From NCBI GenBank assembly GCA_964014485.1, contig CAXHAT010000164.1, positions 1-17,671 on the forward strand: a DNA stretch of 17,671 nucleotides, given 5' to 3'. Source of the DNA: an uncultured Deferribacteres bacterium (GTDB lineage Bacteria > Zhuqueibacterota > Zhuqueibacteria > Zhuqueibacterales > Geothermadaptataceae). The notes under the pieces were generated by a model, which ran no database searches, was not told the origin of the DNA, and saw nothing but the letters and a program-made list of their open reading frames with translations. Position 1 is the stretch's first letter, and the number at the start of each line of letters is the position of its first letter. Shown one piece after another: positions 1 to 8,471 of this stretch. Both the position numbers and the translations under genes were made by a program.

Positions 1-228
1 GAATTTGGTCTGTTTCGACAGATTTACAACATCTACAGGTTTCGATAAATACCTTTGCAATTTGCCGTAAAAGTCAAAAAAGGACTTTGGCGCGACTCCT
101 TTAACAGCCAAATCAATATCATTTGCCTTTTTCTCATCTTCAAGAGAAGAGCCAAAAAGATAAACTTCATTGACGTTAAATTTCTTTGCCAAATCAACAA
201 CGATTTTTTTGTCTTGTTCGCTAATCAT
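1..228 (-). CDS. Minimal nucleotidyltransferase (MNT/MntA-like antitoxin), 3' end truncated by the window edge
   Basis: Not in the ORF track. Manual translation from ATG at 228: MISEQDKKIVVDLAKKFNVNEVYLFGSSLEDEKKANDIDLAVKGVAPKSFFDFYGKLQRYLSKPVDVVNLSKQTKF..., open to base 1. It has the LFGS...DID and VDVV Pol-beta NTase motifs. Confidence 0.88.
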   Translation of the reverse strand, partial: MISEQDKKIVVDLAKKFNVNEVYLFGSSLEDEKKANDIDLAVKGVAPKSFFDFYGKLQRYLSKPVDVVNLSKQTKF

Positions 229-308
229 AATTTTTAGGTCCGACTTAATATTGTCGAAGAATCATCCGGGGAGATTTTGATACCGAATCTTCATTTCCTG
301 ACATTCAA

Positions 309-1091
309 TTACTCCTGCGCTTCCAGCTTCAAATCCTTGCGCAAAATGTTCCCAAACCGCGTTGCGCTGATTGGATGATCGGCCAACAGGCGACCGTTGT
401 AAACCAGATTAATCATGCCATAAGGCGAGAGCAAGGTCTCCCGCGCTTGCGCCGAGTCGTTCAGTTCATGCAGTTTCAATTCAATGCCATATTTCACCGC
501 AACCGGCGGCATTTCATCCACGGCTTTTCCGATGTAAGGGCATTGATCGGTGTAGATCAATTGCAAGCCTTGAAAACGATCCGATCGATCTTGCCAATTT
601 GTGGGGAACGCGGGCATGGGGGCTGGTTTCACGGACTTTTTCAACAATTGAAAGTGCGGTTCAGCCTCATCCACTTGCTCAAAACCGTGCTTGAGAAAAA
701 CATCCTTGCGCGCCATAAAACTGCCGTCGCTGGTGACGACCGCGACGCCTGATTGCCCGCTCGACGCGGCGTCATCCAGGCATTCTCGGAACAAAGCGGC
801 GGCCATGCCTTCATAGGGAAATTTTGCTGACGCAACCCAAATGCAGTGAATCACAAAATAGTTCGGCGCTTCGACCACCCGCCAAGTGAACTCTCCCGGA
901 ATGTATTCGAGAAAACCTGCTTGTTTGCCGTCATGCGTCAAAATCAGTTTGATGCGAAGTCCTTCTTCAAAGCGTTTGTGCAGCCAGGAACGCTTGGCGA
1001 TATACCCGGGATGCTTTTTGTTCTTCACGCAAAAAAAGCCGAATTCGTCGACGTTGTCGGAATTCACGGTGATAATTTTGTAATCAGCCAT
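309..1091 (-). CDS. GNAT-fold N-acetyltransferase with C-terminal YoaP domain
   Basis: GFLEYIPGE, IHCIWV, F-x-KHGF GNAT elements; C-terminal TDQCPY...SPYGMINLVYNGRLL matches YoaP-like proteins; GGAGG RBS upstream. Confidence 0.85.
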   Translation of the reverse strand: MADYKIITVNSDNVDEFGFFCVKNKKHPGYIAKRSWLHKRFEEGLRIKLILTHDGKQAGFLEYIPGEFTWRVVEAPNYFVIHCIWVASAKFPYEGMAAALFRECLDDAASSGQSGVAVVTSDGSFMARKDVFLKHGFEQVDEAEPHFQLLKKSVKPAPMPAFPTNWQDRSDRFQGLQLIYTDQCPYIGKAVDEMPPVAVKYGIELKLHELNDSAQARETLLSPYGMINLVYNGRLLADHPISATRFGNILRKDLKLEAQE

Positions 1092-1108
1092 GATTTTTCT
1101 CCTCCGTC

Positions 1109-2836
1109 TTAATTTTGCTCATTCGAAATGTCACTTTTATTTTGTGTCGGCTCGAATGGTAAAAAAACGTCAAATTGCGAGCCTTTGTCAAGCTCGCTTT
1201 GCACGGAAATATTGCCGCCGTGCGCTTCAACGATGAGCTTGACGTAACTCAAGCCCAAGCCGAAGCCCTTCACGTCGTGGATGTTTCCGGTTGAGACGCG
1301 AAAATACTTGTCGAAAACCTGCTTTTGATCTTCGGGGTGCAAGCCAATGCCGTTGTCTCGCACACGAATTTGTACGCCGTTTTCTGCGTTGGCAGTCGCG
1401 ATTTCGATGACGGGCGACCGTTTCGTGTATTTGCTGGCGTTATCGAGCAAATTGAAAATAATGCTTGCCAAATGCACTGCATCTGCTTTGATATGCGAAG
1501 ACGTCGCTTGCAGATTCTCGATAATTTTCCCGCCGCGCTTTTCAATTTGCAAAGTGATTTTTTGCACGGCGTTTTTCAAGAGAGCGTGAACATCGATTTG
1601 CGAGATTTTCAATTCGTACTCTTTGTTCTCGAGCACCGCCATTTGCAGGATTTTCTCGACCTGCTCGCGCATCCGCAGATTTTCATCGCGGACAATGCCG
1701 TTGTAACGCAAGACCTTCTCTTTGTTTTCGAGCGCCGCCGGATTTTCCAACGCCTCGGTCGCCAGTGAAATAGTCGAAATCGGCGTTTTGAATTCGTGCG
1801 TCATGTTGTTGACGAAGTCCATGACCGAAGTCGCGAAACGCTGCTGCCGGAAAATCGTGCGCACGGTGTAGACAAAGCTGAGAACAATAATCGAGACAAG
1901 TACGATGGTGGCAAAAAACAACGCGCCCATTTTTTGAAGCACGAACATGTTTTCATCGGGAAAATGGAGAGCAAGGTCGTGACGCGCGCCGAAGGGTTCA
2001 AAAGGAAAAAGGCGCTCCCGGAAGGGCGTGTCGCGCAGTTCCGGAATCATATCAGCGCGATTGGTCATTCGCAAAGAATCGTTTTTTTCTGAGAAAATGC
2101 CGAAAGCGTGAGGCAGAAAGATGTCATTTTCCGCCAATCTTGTTTGAATGAGCGAATCGAGCTGCACCTGGTTGATGCGTTCTTCAATCGGTTTTCGTTG
2201 CAGCGGATCCAGGTCGGCGAGAATTTTGGTGACCAGGCCGCGTTTCTCATCATCCGATGCGGGCTGGTGCTGCCAGAAGCCGCGCTGTTTGCTGGTGTAA
2301 TGGTAGGTCGAAAACGAGTTCTCGGTCGCCATGCGTATGAGCAGCGAACCGCGCTCCAATAAAGTTGAATCGATCTCTACTTCATATTTTCCGGCGGGAT
2401 GGTCGCCGTTGACCACGTCGGCGAGCTTTTCTCCGTCAATGCTCGTAATCTGGATTTTCACATGTTGCGAATCCGCCAGATCATAGAAAAGCTTTCCGTT
2501 ATCAACGGCAAAACTTGAATTTTCCGGCGTTTTTGTTGTGCGTAATTTCAAGCTGTCGGCAAAAACATAGCGCCTGCCGCTGCTTTTGGAAATGACGCCG
2601 ACGCTGTCATTTTCGGCGTGAAATTTAAAGGCGACGCCGATGGTGTGTTCGAGCGCTTCCAGCCGTTCTAATTCCTGAACAACGCCAACTAACGCGGCGT
2701 TGATGTTTTTTTCAAACGCTTGCCGTCGCAGCTTCCAGGCATTATTTAAAAGCACGATTTGCAAACCGGCCAATCCCGCGAGCGCCAACGTGATCACGCC
2801 CAGGATGATGCGAAGTTGTTTTTTTCGGTTTTTCAT
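1109..2836 (-). CDS. Membrane sensor histidine kinase (HisKA + HATPase_c), Bacteroidota RprX-like
   Basis: Two TM segments around a large periplasmic region; H-box DFVNNMTHEFKTP, N-box NLLDNASKY, G1 DNGIG, F-box FDKYFR, G2 GFGLGL. Confidence 0.95.
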   Translation of the reverse strand: MKNRKKQLRIILGVITLALAGLAGLQIVLLNNAWKLRRQAFEKNINAALVGVVQELERLEALEHTIGVAFKFHAENDSVGVISKSSGRRYVFADSLKLRTTKTPENSSFAVDNGKLFYDLADSQHVKIQITSIDGEKLADVVNGDHPAGKYEVEIDSTLLERGSLLIRMATENSFSTYHYTSKQRGFWQHQPASDDEKRGLVTKILADLDPLQRKPIEERINQVQLDSLIQTRLAENDIFLPHAFGIFSEKNDSLRMTNRADMIPELRDTPFRERLFPFEPFGARHDLALHFPDENMFVLQKMGALFFATIVLVSIIVLSFVYTVRTIFRQQRFATSVMDFVNNMTHEFKTPISTISLATEALENPAALENKEKVLRYNGIVRDENLRMREQVEKILQMAVLENKEYELKISQIDVHALLKNAVQKITLQIEKRGGKIIENLQATSSHIKADAVHLASIIFNLLDNASKYTKRSPVIEIATANAENGVQIRVRDNGIGLHPEDQKQVFDKYFRVSTGNIHDVKGFGLGLSYVKLIVEAHGGNISVQSELDKGSQFDVFLPFEPTQNKSDISNEQN

Positions 2837-2873
2837 AATCGTTCAATATCGTCCGAAACAAAGACGGAGCCTA

Positions 2874-2949
2874 AACGCGGAATGCGCAAAGGCGCTGAGT
2901 ATCCGCAGAGTTTTGAAAATTTTCTCTGCGGGCTTCGCGTCTCTGCGTT
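2874..2949. repeat. Imperfect palindrome of CGCAGAG-like units (REP-like)
   Basis: CCGCAGAG (2903-2910) pairs with CTCTGCGG (2924-2931); outer AACGCGGA (2874) pairs imperfectly with TCTGCGTT (to 2949). Confidence 0.65.
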
Positions 2950-3030
2950 GAATAATCAATCTCAACACAAACGAAATGGAAATTTTTCCACGGCTAAAAA
3001 ATATGCTTTTCACGCAATAAACGCTTGCCA

Positions 3031-3067
3031 TTTAACATTCATTAACACTTTCTAACACTCTTTAACT
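3031..3067. promoter_or_regulatory. Four direct repeats with 10-bp period, putative OmpR/PhoB-family regulator binding site
   Basis: TTTAACATTC ATTAACACTT TCTAACACTC TTTAACT in the divergent intergenic region between the kinase and the PDZ gene. Confidence 0.65.
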
Positions 3068-3140
3068 ATAGCGTTTTAAAGCGTTTGCTTATTTTGTTCG
3101 TCACAAAATCAAACGCGAACTTTTGAGTGGAGAATCTGTG

Positions 3141-3944
3141 ATGAAAAAACTCGTTTTACTTTCCGCCGCACTTTTAATGATCGCTCCCGCCGCTTTTGGG
3201 CAAATGGTTTTTCGCACCCAGGGCGACGGCGAGTCGTTCATGATCCCGGAAGTCGGCGCTCTTTTACTAGACGAAGACGGCAAAGTCAACGTGCGTTTTG
3301 TTATGCCGGAGGCGCGTCGTGGAGAAAAGTACAAAAACGTCGATATTAAGCAAGACGATATTGTGCTTTATCTCAACGGCGTTCGCATCAAAAAAGTGGA
3401 AACGTTTAAGGCAAAGTACGATTCCCTGAAGTTCGGCGAGGAAGTGCAAATTGGCTTGCGTCGCGACAAAAACCGCTTCATCGCTTCTTTCATGAAAGCT
3501 GATCCCAAGGATTTACCGGAAACCGGAATGACGATGGTACGTCGCGGCGGGGCGGGAGAAGGCGAGACTTCGGGCGCTACGACGACCAGCGGCGGCGGCG
3601 AGCGCAGAATGACGATGCAGGGCAGTCCGCTTATGCAAGAAGCGGAAGCGATAAAGCCATTGGTCGAGCTTGCGCTGCTGATTGGCAAGATCGAAGACCA
3701 AGCCGTTGTAGTCGGCAAGCTGCCAATTCCCGGCGCTTTTGATAAAATGGAATTTGAAGAGGAAGACGTTTTGGCCTCCGTTAATGGCGACAAAGTGAAG
3801 TCATACGATCATTTTTTCGAACTTTGGGAAAAAATCAAACTTGGCGACGAGGTTACTCTGAAAGTGACGCGCGACAAGAAAGACGTCAGCGGGAAATTCG
3901 CCAAGCCGGCGCCGCCTGCTGGCATAAATATCAAGACTCGGTAG
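3141..3944 (+). CDS. Secreted tandem PDZ-domain protein
   Basis: ATG 3141 chosen: GGAG at 3129, signal peptide MKKLVLLSAALLMIAPAAFG. Two PDZ-like repeats (IKQDDIVLYLNGVRI...GEEVQIGLRRD; EEEDVLASVNGDKV...GDEVTLKVTRD). No protease domain recognised. Confidence 0.8.
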   Translation: MKKLVLLSAALLMIAPAAFGQMVFRTQGDGESFMIPEVGALLLDEDGKVNVRFVMPEARRGEKYKNVDIKQDDIVLYLNGVRIKKVETFKAKYDSLKFGEEVQIGLRRDKNRFIASFMKADPKDLPETGMTMVRRGGAGEGETSGATTTSGGGERRMTMQGSPLMQEAEAIKPLVELALLIGKIEDQAVVVGKLPIPGAFDKMEFEEEDVLASVNGDKVKSYDHFFELWEKIKLGDEVTLKVTRDKKDVSGKFAKPAPPAGINIKTR

Positions 3945-4004
3945 TGATGAGTTTTTAGTATTCAGCGGAGGCGCCAGACCGTGAAACGCCCCGGCTTCAT
4001 CGTC

Positions 4005-4086
4005 GAGTAACTCCGGAGTGCAAGGCTTGCCTTGCTTTGTTTTCCCAAACTCATCGCAAAGCAAGCTTTGCACTCCGAAGTTACTC
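4005..4086. repeat. 31-bp inverted repeat (GGAGTGC...GCACTCC REP-like element)
   Basis: Arms 4005-4035 and 4056-4086, 28/31 complementary, 20-nt spacer. Confidence 0.85.
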
Positions 4087-4112
4087 AGAAGATTTCAGTG
4101 ATCAGTGTTTTT

Positions 4113-4175
4113 CTCGTTCTCATTCCGCATCGCATCGGGATGGGAACGCCACTGTTCTCGAAGCTTCATTTCGAG
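4113..4175. repeat. Double-hairpin REP-like element (CGTTC...GGGAACG then CTCGAA...TTCGAG)
   Basis: 4115-4127 pairs with 4136-4148 (11/13); 4157-4162 pairs with 4170-4175. Confidence 0.6.
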
Positions 4176-4215
4176 TCAATTGACAGAATTGCTCTTCAAC
4201 CAATAACCACTTAAA

Positions 4216-5715
4216 ATGAACAAATCAAACCTGAATATCTGGTTTTGTCTCGCGTTCTTCATCCTTGCACCGACGCTTGCCCAAGCCCAAAGCGCATATT
4301 ACAACCCAAAGGACGATCAATATCAATTGCTCGGATTGCGGCGCGCCAAGCAGGCCTACGAATTCGCGCAGCAAGATTTTGAACGCAAAAAGGATTTGTA
4401 CGAAAAAAGCCTGATCTCGAAACTGGAAATGGATCGCTCACGCAATTCCTTCGCCGACGCGGAGGTCAACTACCAGCAGGCGCTTTTGGCCGTTTTGTTT
4501 GAAAAACAGTACGTCGCGATCCAGCGCGCGGTCAAAATCCAGAATGAAAAGGGCCAAAAAACCGTCCGGTTGACCATTGCCAATTCATCCGGATCAACAT
4601 CCGAGTTCAAAAAATTGGTTCAGTTCAATGACGAGCTTTTCCGTTCATTACAGCCGGACATCGTCCACGACGTTTACGTTTCTCTGCTCAACGACGAGCA
4701 AGCCATTGTCAGCCAGCCTTATGAAGCCAAAATCGAAGAATTGCATTTTGGCAAGCCAAAGGATTTAACTTTCACGCTTTTGCAGGATTTGGACGCGGTC
4801 ACCGTGAACATCATTTACGGCAACGGCAGCTCGAGTTCGCGCAAGATTTACCTGCAAAAAGACGCTTCGGTAAACAAGGTGCTGGTGCAGTCCGAGCAGT
4901 TTTCGCAGGAAGTTGAACTGGGCGGCTCCGCGAATTTTGACTTGGCGCTGGAACTGTTCAGCGGCGTGAACAACACTTTCAAGCTCGAAGTTGTCAATCT
5001 CACCAACCAAATCAATCGCTACTTCAGTGATCCAGGTTCGAACGCCCGTTTGAGTTATTTTAAATTTACGGAAAGCGCAAATACGCGCAGGGCGTCGCTG
5101 CAAGTTTTTCTGCCGGACAGGCCGACCGATGAAGTGACCATCGATCAATCCATTCCTTTTTACGTCATGGTCATCCCGCGCGATCAGGTCGCTTCGCTGG
5201 GCGACGTGCGCGGGCGCGTCTGGACGGAAGATGAAATCGAAGAACTCAACATCGGCTACGTTCGGCTTGAACTTGTGCCGCGCGGGGTCGGCAAGTTACA
5301 GGTGCGCGCGCCGCAATTGTTTTTTTCGGTCAAGTCCGGCGAATCTGTCGACGTGCCCATCGATTTGGTGAACGACGGTTCGCGGCGCCTGGATAATGTT
5401 GAAATCGAAGTCGATCCGCCGTTGAATTGGACGAAGCAAATTGATCCGGACAATATTGCGCAACTTGGCATTAACGAAGAGAAACGAGCAACGATCAGGC
5501 TTACGCCGCCGTCTGACGCTTCGGTAGGGCGCTACGAAACGCGCGTTCGCACCACCTCGCTTTCCGATGATCAACCGATCGCGGGAGAGGACAAAACCAT
5601 CACCGTCGAGATTCAGCAAGAAGCGAATGTTTTCGGCACGGTTTTGATTTTGGTGCTGATCTTGGGCCTGGTCGGCGGGATTGTGGTGTTCGGCGTGCGG
5701 CTTTCCAGAAGATAA
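4216..5715 (+). CDS. Exported, C-terminally anchored protein: coiled-coil hairpin + Ig-like/NEW3 domains
   Basis: Signal peptide ending AQA; helical hairpin AQQDFERKKDLYEKSLISKLEMD; NEW3-like NDGSRRLDNV..PPLNW..PPSDASVGRY; C-terminal TM helix and basic tail RLSRR. Confidence 0.75.
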   Translation: MNKSNLNIWFCLAFFILAPTLAQAQSAYYNPKDDQYQLLGLRRAKQAYEFAQQDFERKKDLYEKSLISKLEMDRSRNSFADAEVNYQQALLAVLFEKQYVAIQRAVKIQNEKGQKTVRLTIANSSGSTSEFKKLVQFNDELFRSLQPDIVHDVYVSLLNDEQAIVSQPYEAKIEELHFGKPKDLTFTLLQDLDAVTVNIIYGNGSSSSRKIYLQKDASVNKVLVQSEQFSQEVELGGSANFDLALELFSGVNNTFKLEVVNLTNQINRYFSDPGSNARLSYFKFTESANTRRASLQVFLPDRPTDEVTIDQSIPFYVMVIPRDQVASLGDVRGRVWTEDEIEELNIGYVRLELVPRGVGKLQVRAPQLFFSVKSGESVDVPIDLVNDGSRRLDNVEIEVDPPLNWTKQIDPDNIAQLGINEEKRATIRLTPPSDASVGRYETRVRTTSLSDDQPIAGEDKTITVEIQQEANVFGTVLILVLILGLVGGIVVFGVRLSRR

Positions 5716-5719
5716 ATTT

Positions 5720-5798
5720 GAACTACAAACGACAGAGTGTTCCTTACGTTCAGAACAAAGGCGGAAGCACGGTCGTTTGTAGTTCGACCTTCAGGCTG
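5720..5798. repeat. Perfect 14-bp inverted repeat with GTAG-type REP end
   Basis: GAACTACAAACGAC (5720-5733) / GTCGTTTGTAGTTC (5772-5785), continuing as GTAGTTCGACCTTCAGG. Confidence 0.75.
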
Positions 5799-5858
5799 TT
5801 TTTCGATTGATTCCAGTAGAAATATTTTAAAGATCAACTACTGCCAAAAGAGTCAAAA

Positions 5859-6935
5859 ATGTCCAAATTCCATAAGATTTCAGCACTGCTTTTTCTAACC
5901 CTTCCCATTTTGGCAACCGCACAACAAACCGAACTACCCTGGTTGAAAAACATCAATGCACAAGGCAAGCTCACGGAAATTGAGGCCATACGAGCGGATG
6001 CGAACGTCTCGGTTTCCGACGGAACGTCGTTCTCGACGATCAGCGTTTTTCATGACCGGCAGCGAGCCATTCATCGTCAAATCGACGAAGGGCGAACCAC
6101 GACGATGGGCGTTGAGGGGCGATACATGTGGATTTATGACGGCCAGACAGAAAAAGAAGCGCCGCCGTTCGTAGCAGATCTGGTTTTGGGCCATCAAATC
6201 CATGCGCTGGTTTTGTTTTTTGATCGCCTTTATTCTCCTCTTGATACGCCAAAAACGGCGCAATTTGCAGGCGAGGAGTGCGTTGCTCTTGCGAGCCAAA
6301 ATGATCCCTGGACTTTTTATTACGAACGGAATGGGCGACCTGTCGGGATGGAAATGAAGCGAGAAGGAGAACCGCCTGTCACTTTCAGATTCAGCGATTG
6401 GCGCACCATCGACGAGATGCTCTTGCCCTTTGCCGTGTTGATCGACGACGGCAGCAATCAATTTCAGTACAAGTACTCCGAAATTACCATCAATAAAGGC
6501 TCCATCTCTGAGTTCCGCGCGCCTGAAGCAGTTTTGACCGATGAGCAAAAATTATTGCGTCTGCACCGGATTTTTATGGACGGCCATTTGTTTGGCGAGG
6601 TCGCCGAAATGAGCGCGGCGCACGGAGATTCGGTCGTGATTGTCGGCAGAGGCGATGTTCACGAAATGCCGGGCGAGCAATCCGCCGCAACGCTGGGCGA
6701 TATCCTCGCACGCAGCAATTATTCGGTCTACGACGACATGATTCGCCCGAAAGTCGAGATTTCCGAAGACGGCAGCCTGGGCTGGGTTATCGCGCAGGTT
6801 TTGGGCAAAGGCGTGGATAATAACTCCGGCAATTCTTTTGAGTTCGTCTGCGCCTGGATTGAGCTTTACAAAAAAACAGACGGCAAATGGCGATTCACTG
6901 GCAACGTCTCCAATTTTCGACCTGAAAAACGTTAA
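5859..6935 (+). CDS. Secreted protein: LolA-like beta-sheet N-domain + C-terminal NTF2/SnoaL-like (DUF4440-type) domain
   Basis: Signal peptide ending ATA; FSDWRTIDEMLLPF motif; C-terminal VEISEDGSLGWV...WIELYKKTDGKWRFTGNVS is typical of NTF2-like folds. Confidence 0.65.
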   Translation: MSKFHKISALLFLTLPILATAQQTELPWLKNINAQGKLTEIEAIRADANVSVSDGTSFSTISVFHDRQRAIHRQIDEGRTTTMGVEGRYMWIYDGQTEKEAPPFVADLVLGHQIHALVLFFDRLYSPLDTPKTAQFAGEECVALASQNDPWTFYYERNGRPVGMEMKREGEPPVTFRFSDWRTIDEMLLPFAVLIDDGSNQFQYKYSEITINKGSISEFRAPEAVLTDEQKLLRLHRIFMDGHLFGEVAEMSAAHGDSVVIVGRGDVHEMPGEQSAATLGDILARSNYSVYDDMIRPKVEISEDGSLGWVIAQVLGKGVDNNSGNSFEFVCAWIELYKKTDGKWRFTGNVSNFRPEKR

Positions 6936-6941
6936 ACGCAT

Positions 6942-8471
6942 ATGACCAAGCTTGCATATTTTACAGTTTTCCTACTTGCACTCGCCGCATGCGAGAACCG
7001 CGAAAGACCCGAAGCATTCTTGAAAAATGTAGCTGAAAAGATGGGTTCGCTTCAAAATCTAACGAAAGCAGGTTCGATTTCGATTTATGCGTCTGGAACG
7101 ATGAACAAGACCGCTGAAGGCCAGGGATTGTCGCCGAACAGCCTGTCCAACGGCCCGTACTCCGAAGTTCTAGCAGTCGATCTTGAGAGCGGCGCGGTTT
7201 TCCGCGACTACAAAGAATCCCGATTCGATGGTACGCTCGAACGTTTCGGCGAATTATTTTCGTCCGACACCCTGCGTCAACTTCTCATTCGTGACTACGG
7301 CATCGTCATTCCGTTTCGGGCCCTAAGCTTTGCTGAAGAGCGGGCGCAACTGAGACGCAGAATTCCTCACTTTCTAGTCAACGAACTCCTTGAAAAACCG
7401 GGTGGATTGAAGTATGGAGAATCAGAAAATGGTTTCGCCAGCGTCGAGGGCGGCCTTGCGAGCGGGCAGGCTGTGACGCTCGATGTGGATCCATCGTCTC
7501 AATTCGTCCGCAAAGTCTCATTTGACTGGTTGATTCCCGGACGAGGAAGGGGCGAGATCGATTGGTCGTATGACGACTACAGGCAGGTCGCCGATGGCGT
7601 GCATGTGCCATTTGCGTACAGCTCGCGGGTCGGGAAGATCGATTATATCACCATGACCGTCGACAGCGTCCTGTTGGACAGGTCGGAGAATTTCCAACCG
7701 CCGAGCGATCTGTCGGTTTTGCCCGTTCGTGATCAGCAACCGGATAGAGACCGCACCCCATTGGAATTTCGAGAACTGGCTAAAGGGGTTTTCATCGTGC
7801 CTGAAGTTCGAAGCGGATTTGCTCCGCTCGTCGCCGAATTTGACGAGTTTCTGGTCGTCGTTGACGCACCGGCGAGTTTCCCGCTGCTTGGTCAAATCCC
7901 GCCGAGTGAGACTGATCCAGGGGCTTCGATGAGTTGGCCTTGTTTGGAATTTGTCTCGGCGTTGGAAAGAAAGTGGCCAAATAAGCGCGTCGCCTACGTC
8001 GTGCTCACGCATCATCATGAAGATCACATTGGCGGGATTCGCGCCTTTGTTGCTTCTGGCGCAACCGTCTTGGGCGGTAAGCACGCGGTCGCGGCGGCGC
8101 AAGCCCTCGCCAATTTGTCGTCGCCTTTGATTGATGATCAATTGGGAGACTTGAGAGCGTCTTTTCAGGCGGAAACTGTGGATGAAACTCGCAGAATCAG
8201 TGACGGCCAACAGGTGCTGGACATCATTCCAATGGGCGAGAATCCCCACGCTGAAGGTATGTTGGTCATCTCCTTGCCCAATTTGAAAATGCTCTACGTG
8301 AGCGATTTTGTTACGCCCGGCCCTGTTGACGGTTATCCCGAGCCTAATCATGCCGCGCTTGACCGTTTTTTTGCAAGATGGGTTGATGAAACCGGCTTGG
8401 CTGCTGACTCGGTGTGGTCGATGCATGGTCGTATGCCGTTGACCAAAGCGCATTTTGAGCGCTTGAAATGA
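6942..8471 (+). CDS. Lipoprotein with C-terminal MBL-fold metallo-hydrolase domain
   Basis: Lipobox LAAC; THHHEDHIGG (HxHxDH); downstream NPHAEG, VSDF and SMHG candidate metal ligands. Confidence 0.85.
   Translation: MTKLAYFTVFLLALAACENRERPEAFLKNVAEKMGSLQNLTKAGSISIYASGTMNKTAEGQGLSPNSLSNGPYSEVLAVDLESGAVFRDYKESRFDGTLERFGELFSSDTLRQLLIRDYGIVIPFRALSFAEERAQLRRRIPHFLVNELLEKPGGLKYGESENGFASVEGGLASGQAVTLDVDPSSQFVRKVSFDWLIPGRGRGEIDWSYDDYRQVADGVHVPFAYSSRVGKIDYITMTVDSVLLDRSENFQPPSDLSVLPVRDQQPDRDRTPLEFRELAKGVFIVPEVRSGFAPLVAEFDEFLVVVDAPASFPLLGQIPPSETDPGASMSWPCLEFVSALERKWPNKRVAYVVLTHHHEDHIGGIRAFVASGATVLGGKHAVAAAQALANLSSPLIDDQLGDLRASFQAETVDETRRISDGQQVLDIIPMGENPHAEGMLVISLPNLKMLYVSDFVTPGPVDGYPEPNHAALDRFFARWVDETGLAADSVWSMHGRMPLTKAHFERLK

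Noticed and set aside
55..237. 60-aa plus-strand ORF
   Set aside because: Antisense shadow of the MNT gene, which has clear catalytic motifs.
3141..3944. DegP/HtrA or S41 protease
   Set aside because: No protease domain or catalytic motif; only PDZ-like repeats.
6942..8471. Metallo-beta-lactamase resistance gene
   Set aside because: HxHxDH marks the whole MBL superfamily; the 509-aa two-domain architecture is unlike B1-B3 beta-lactamases.
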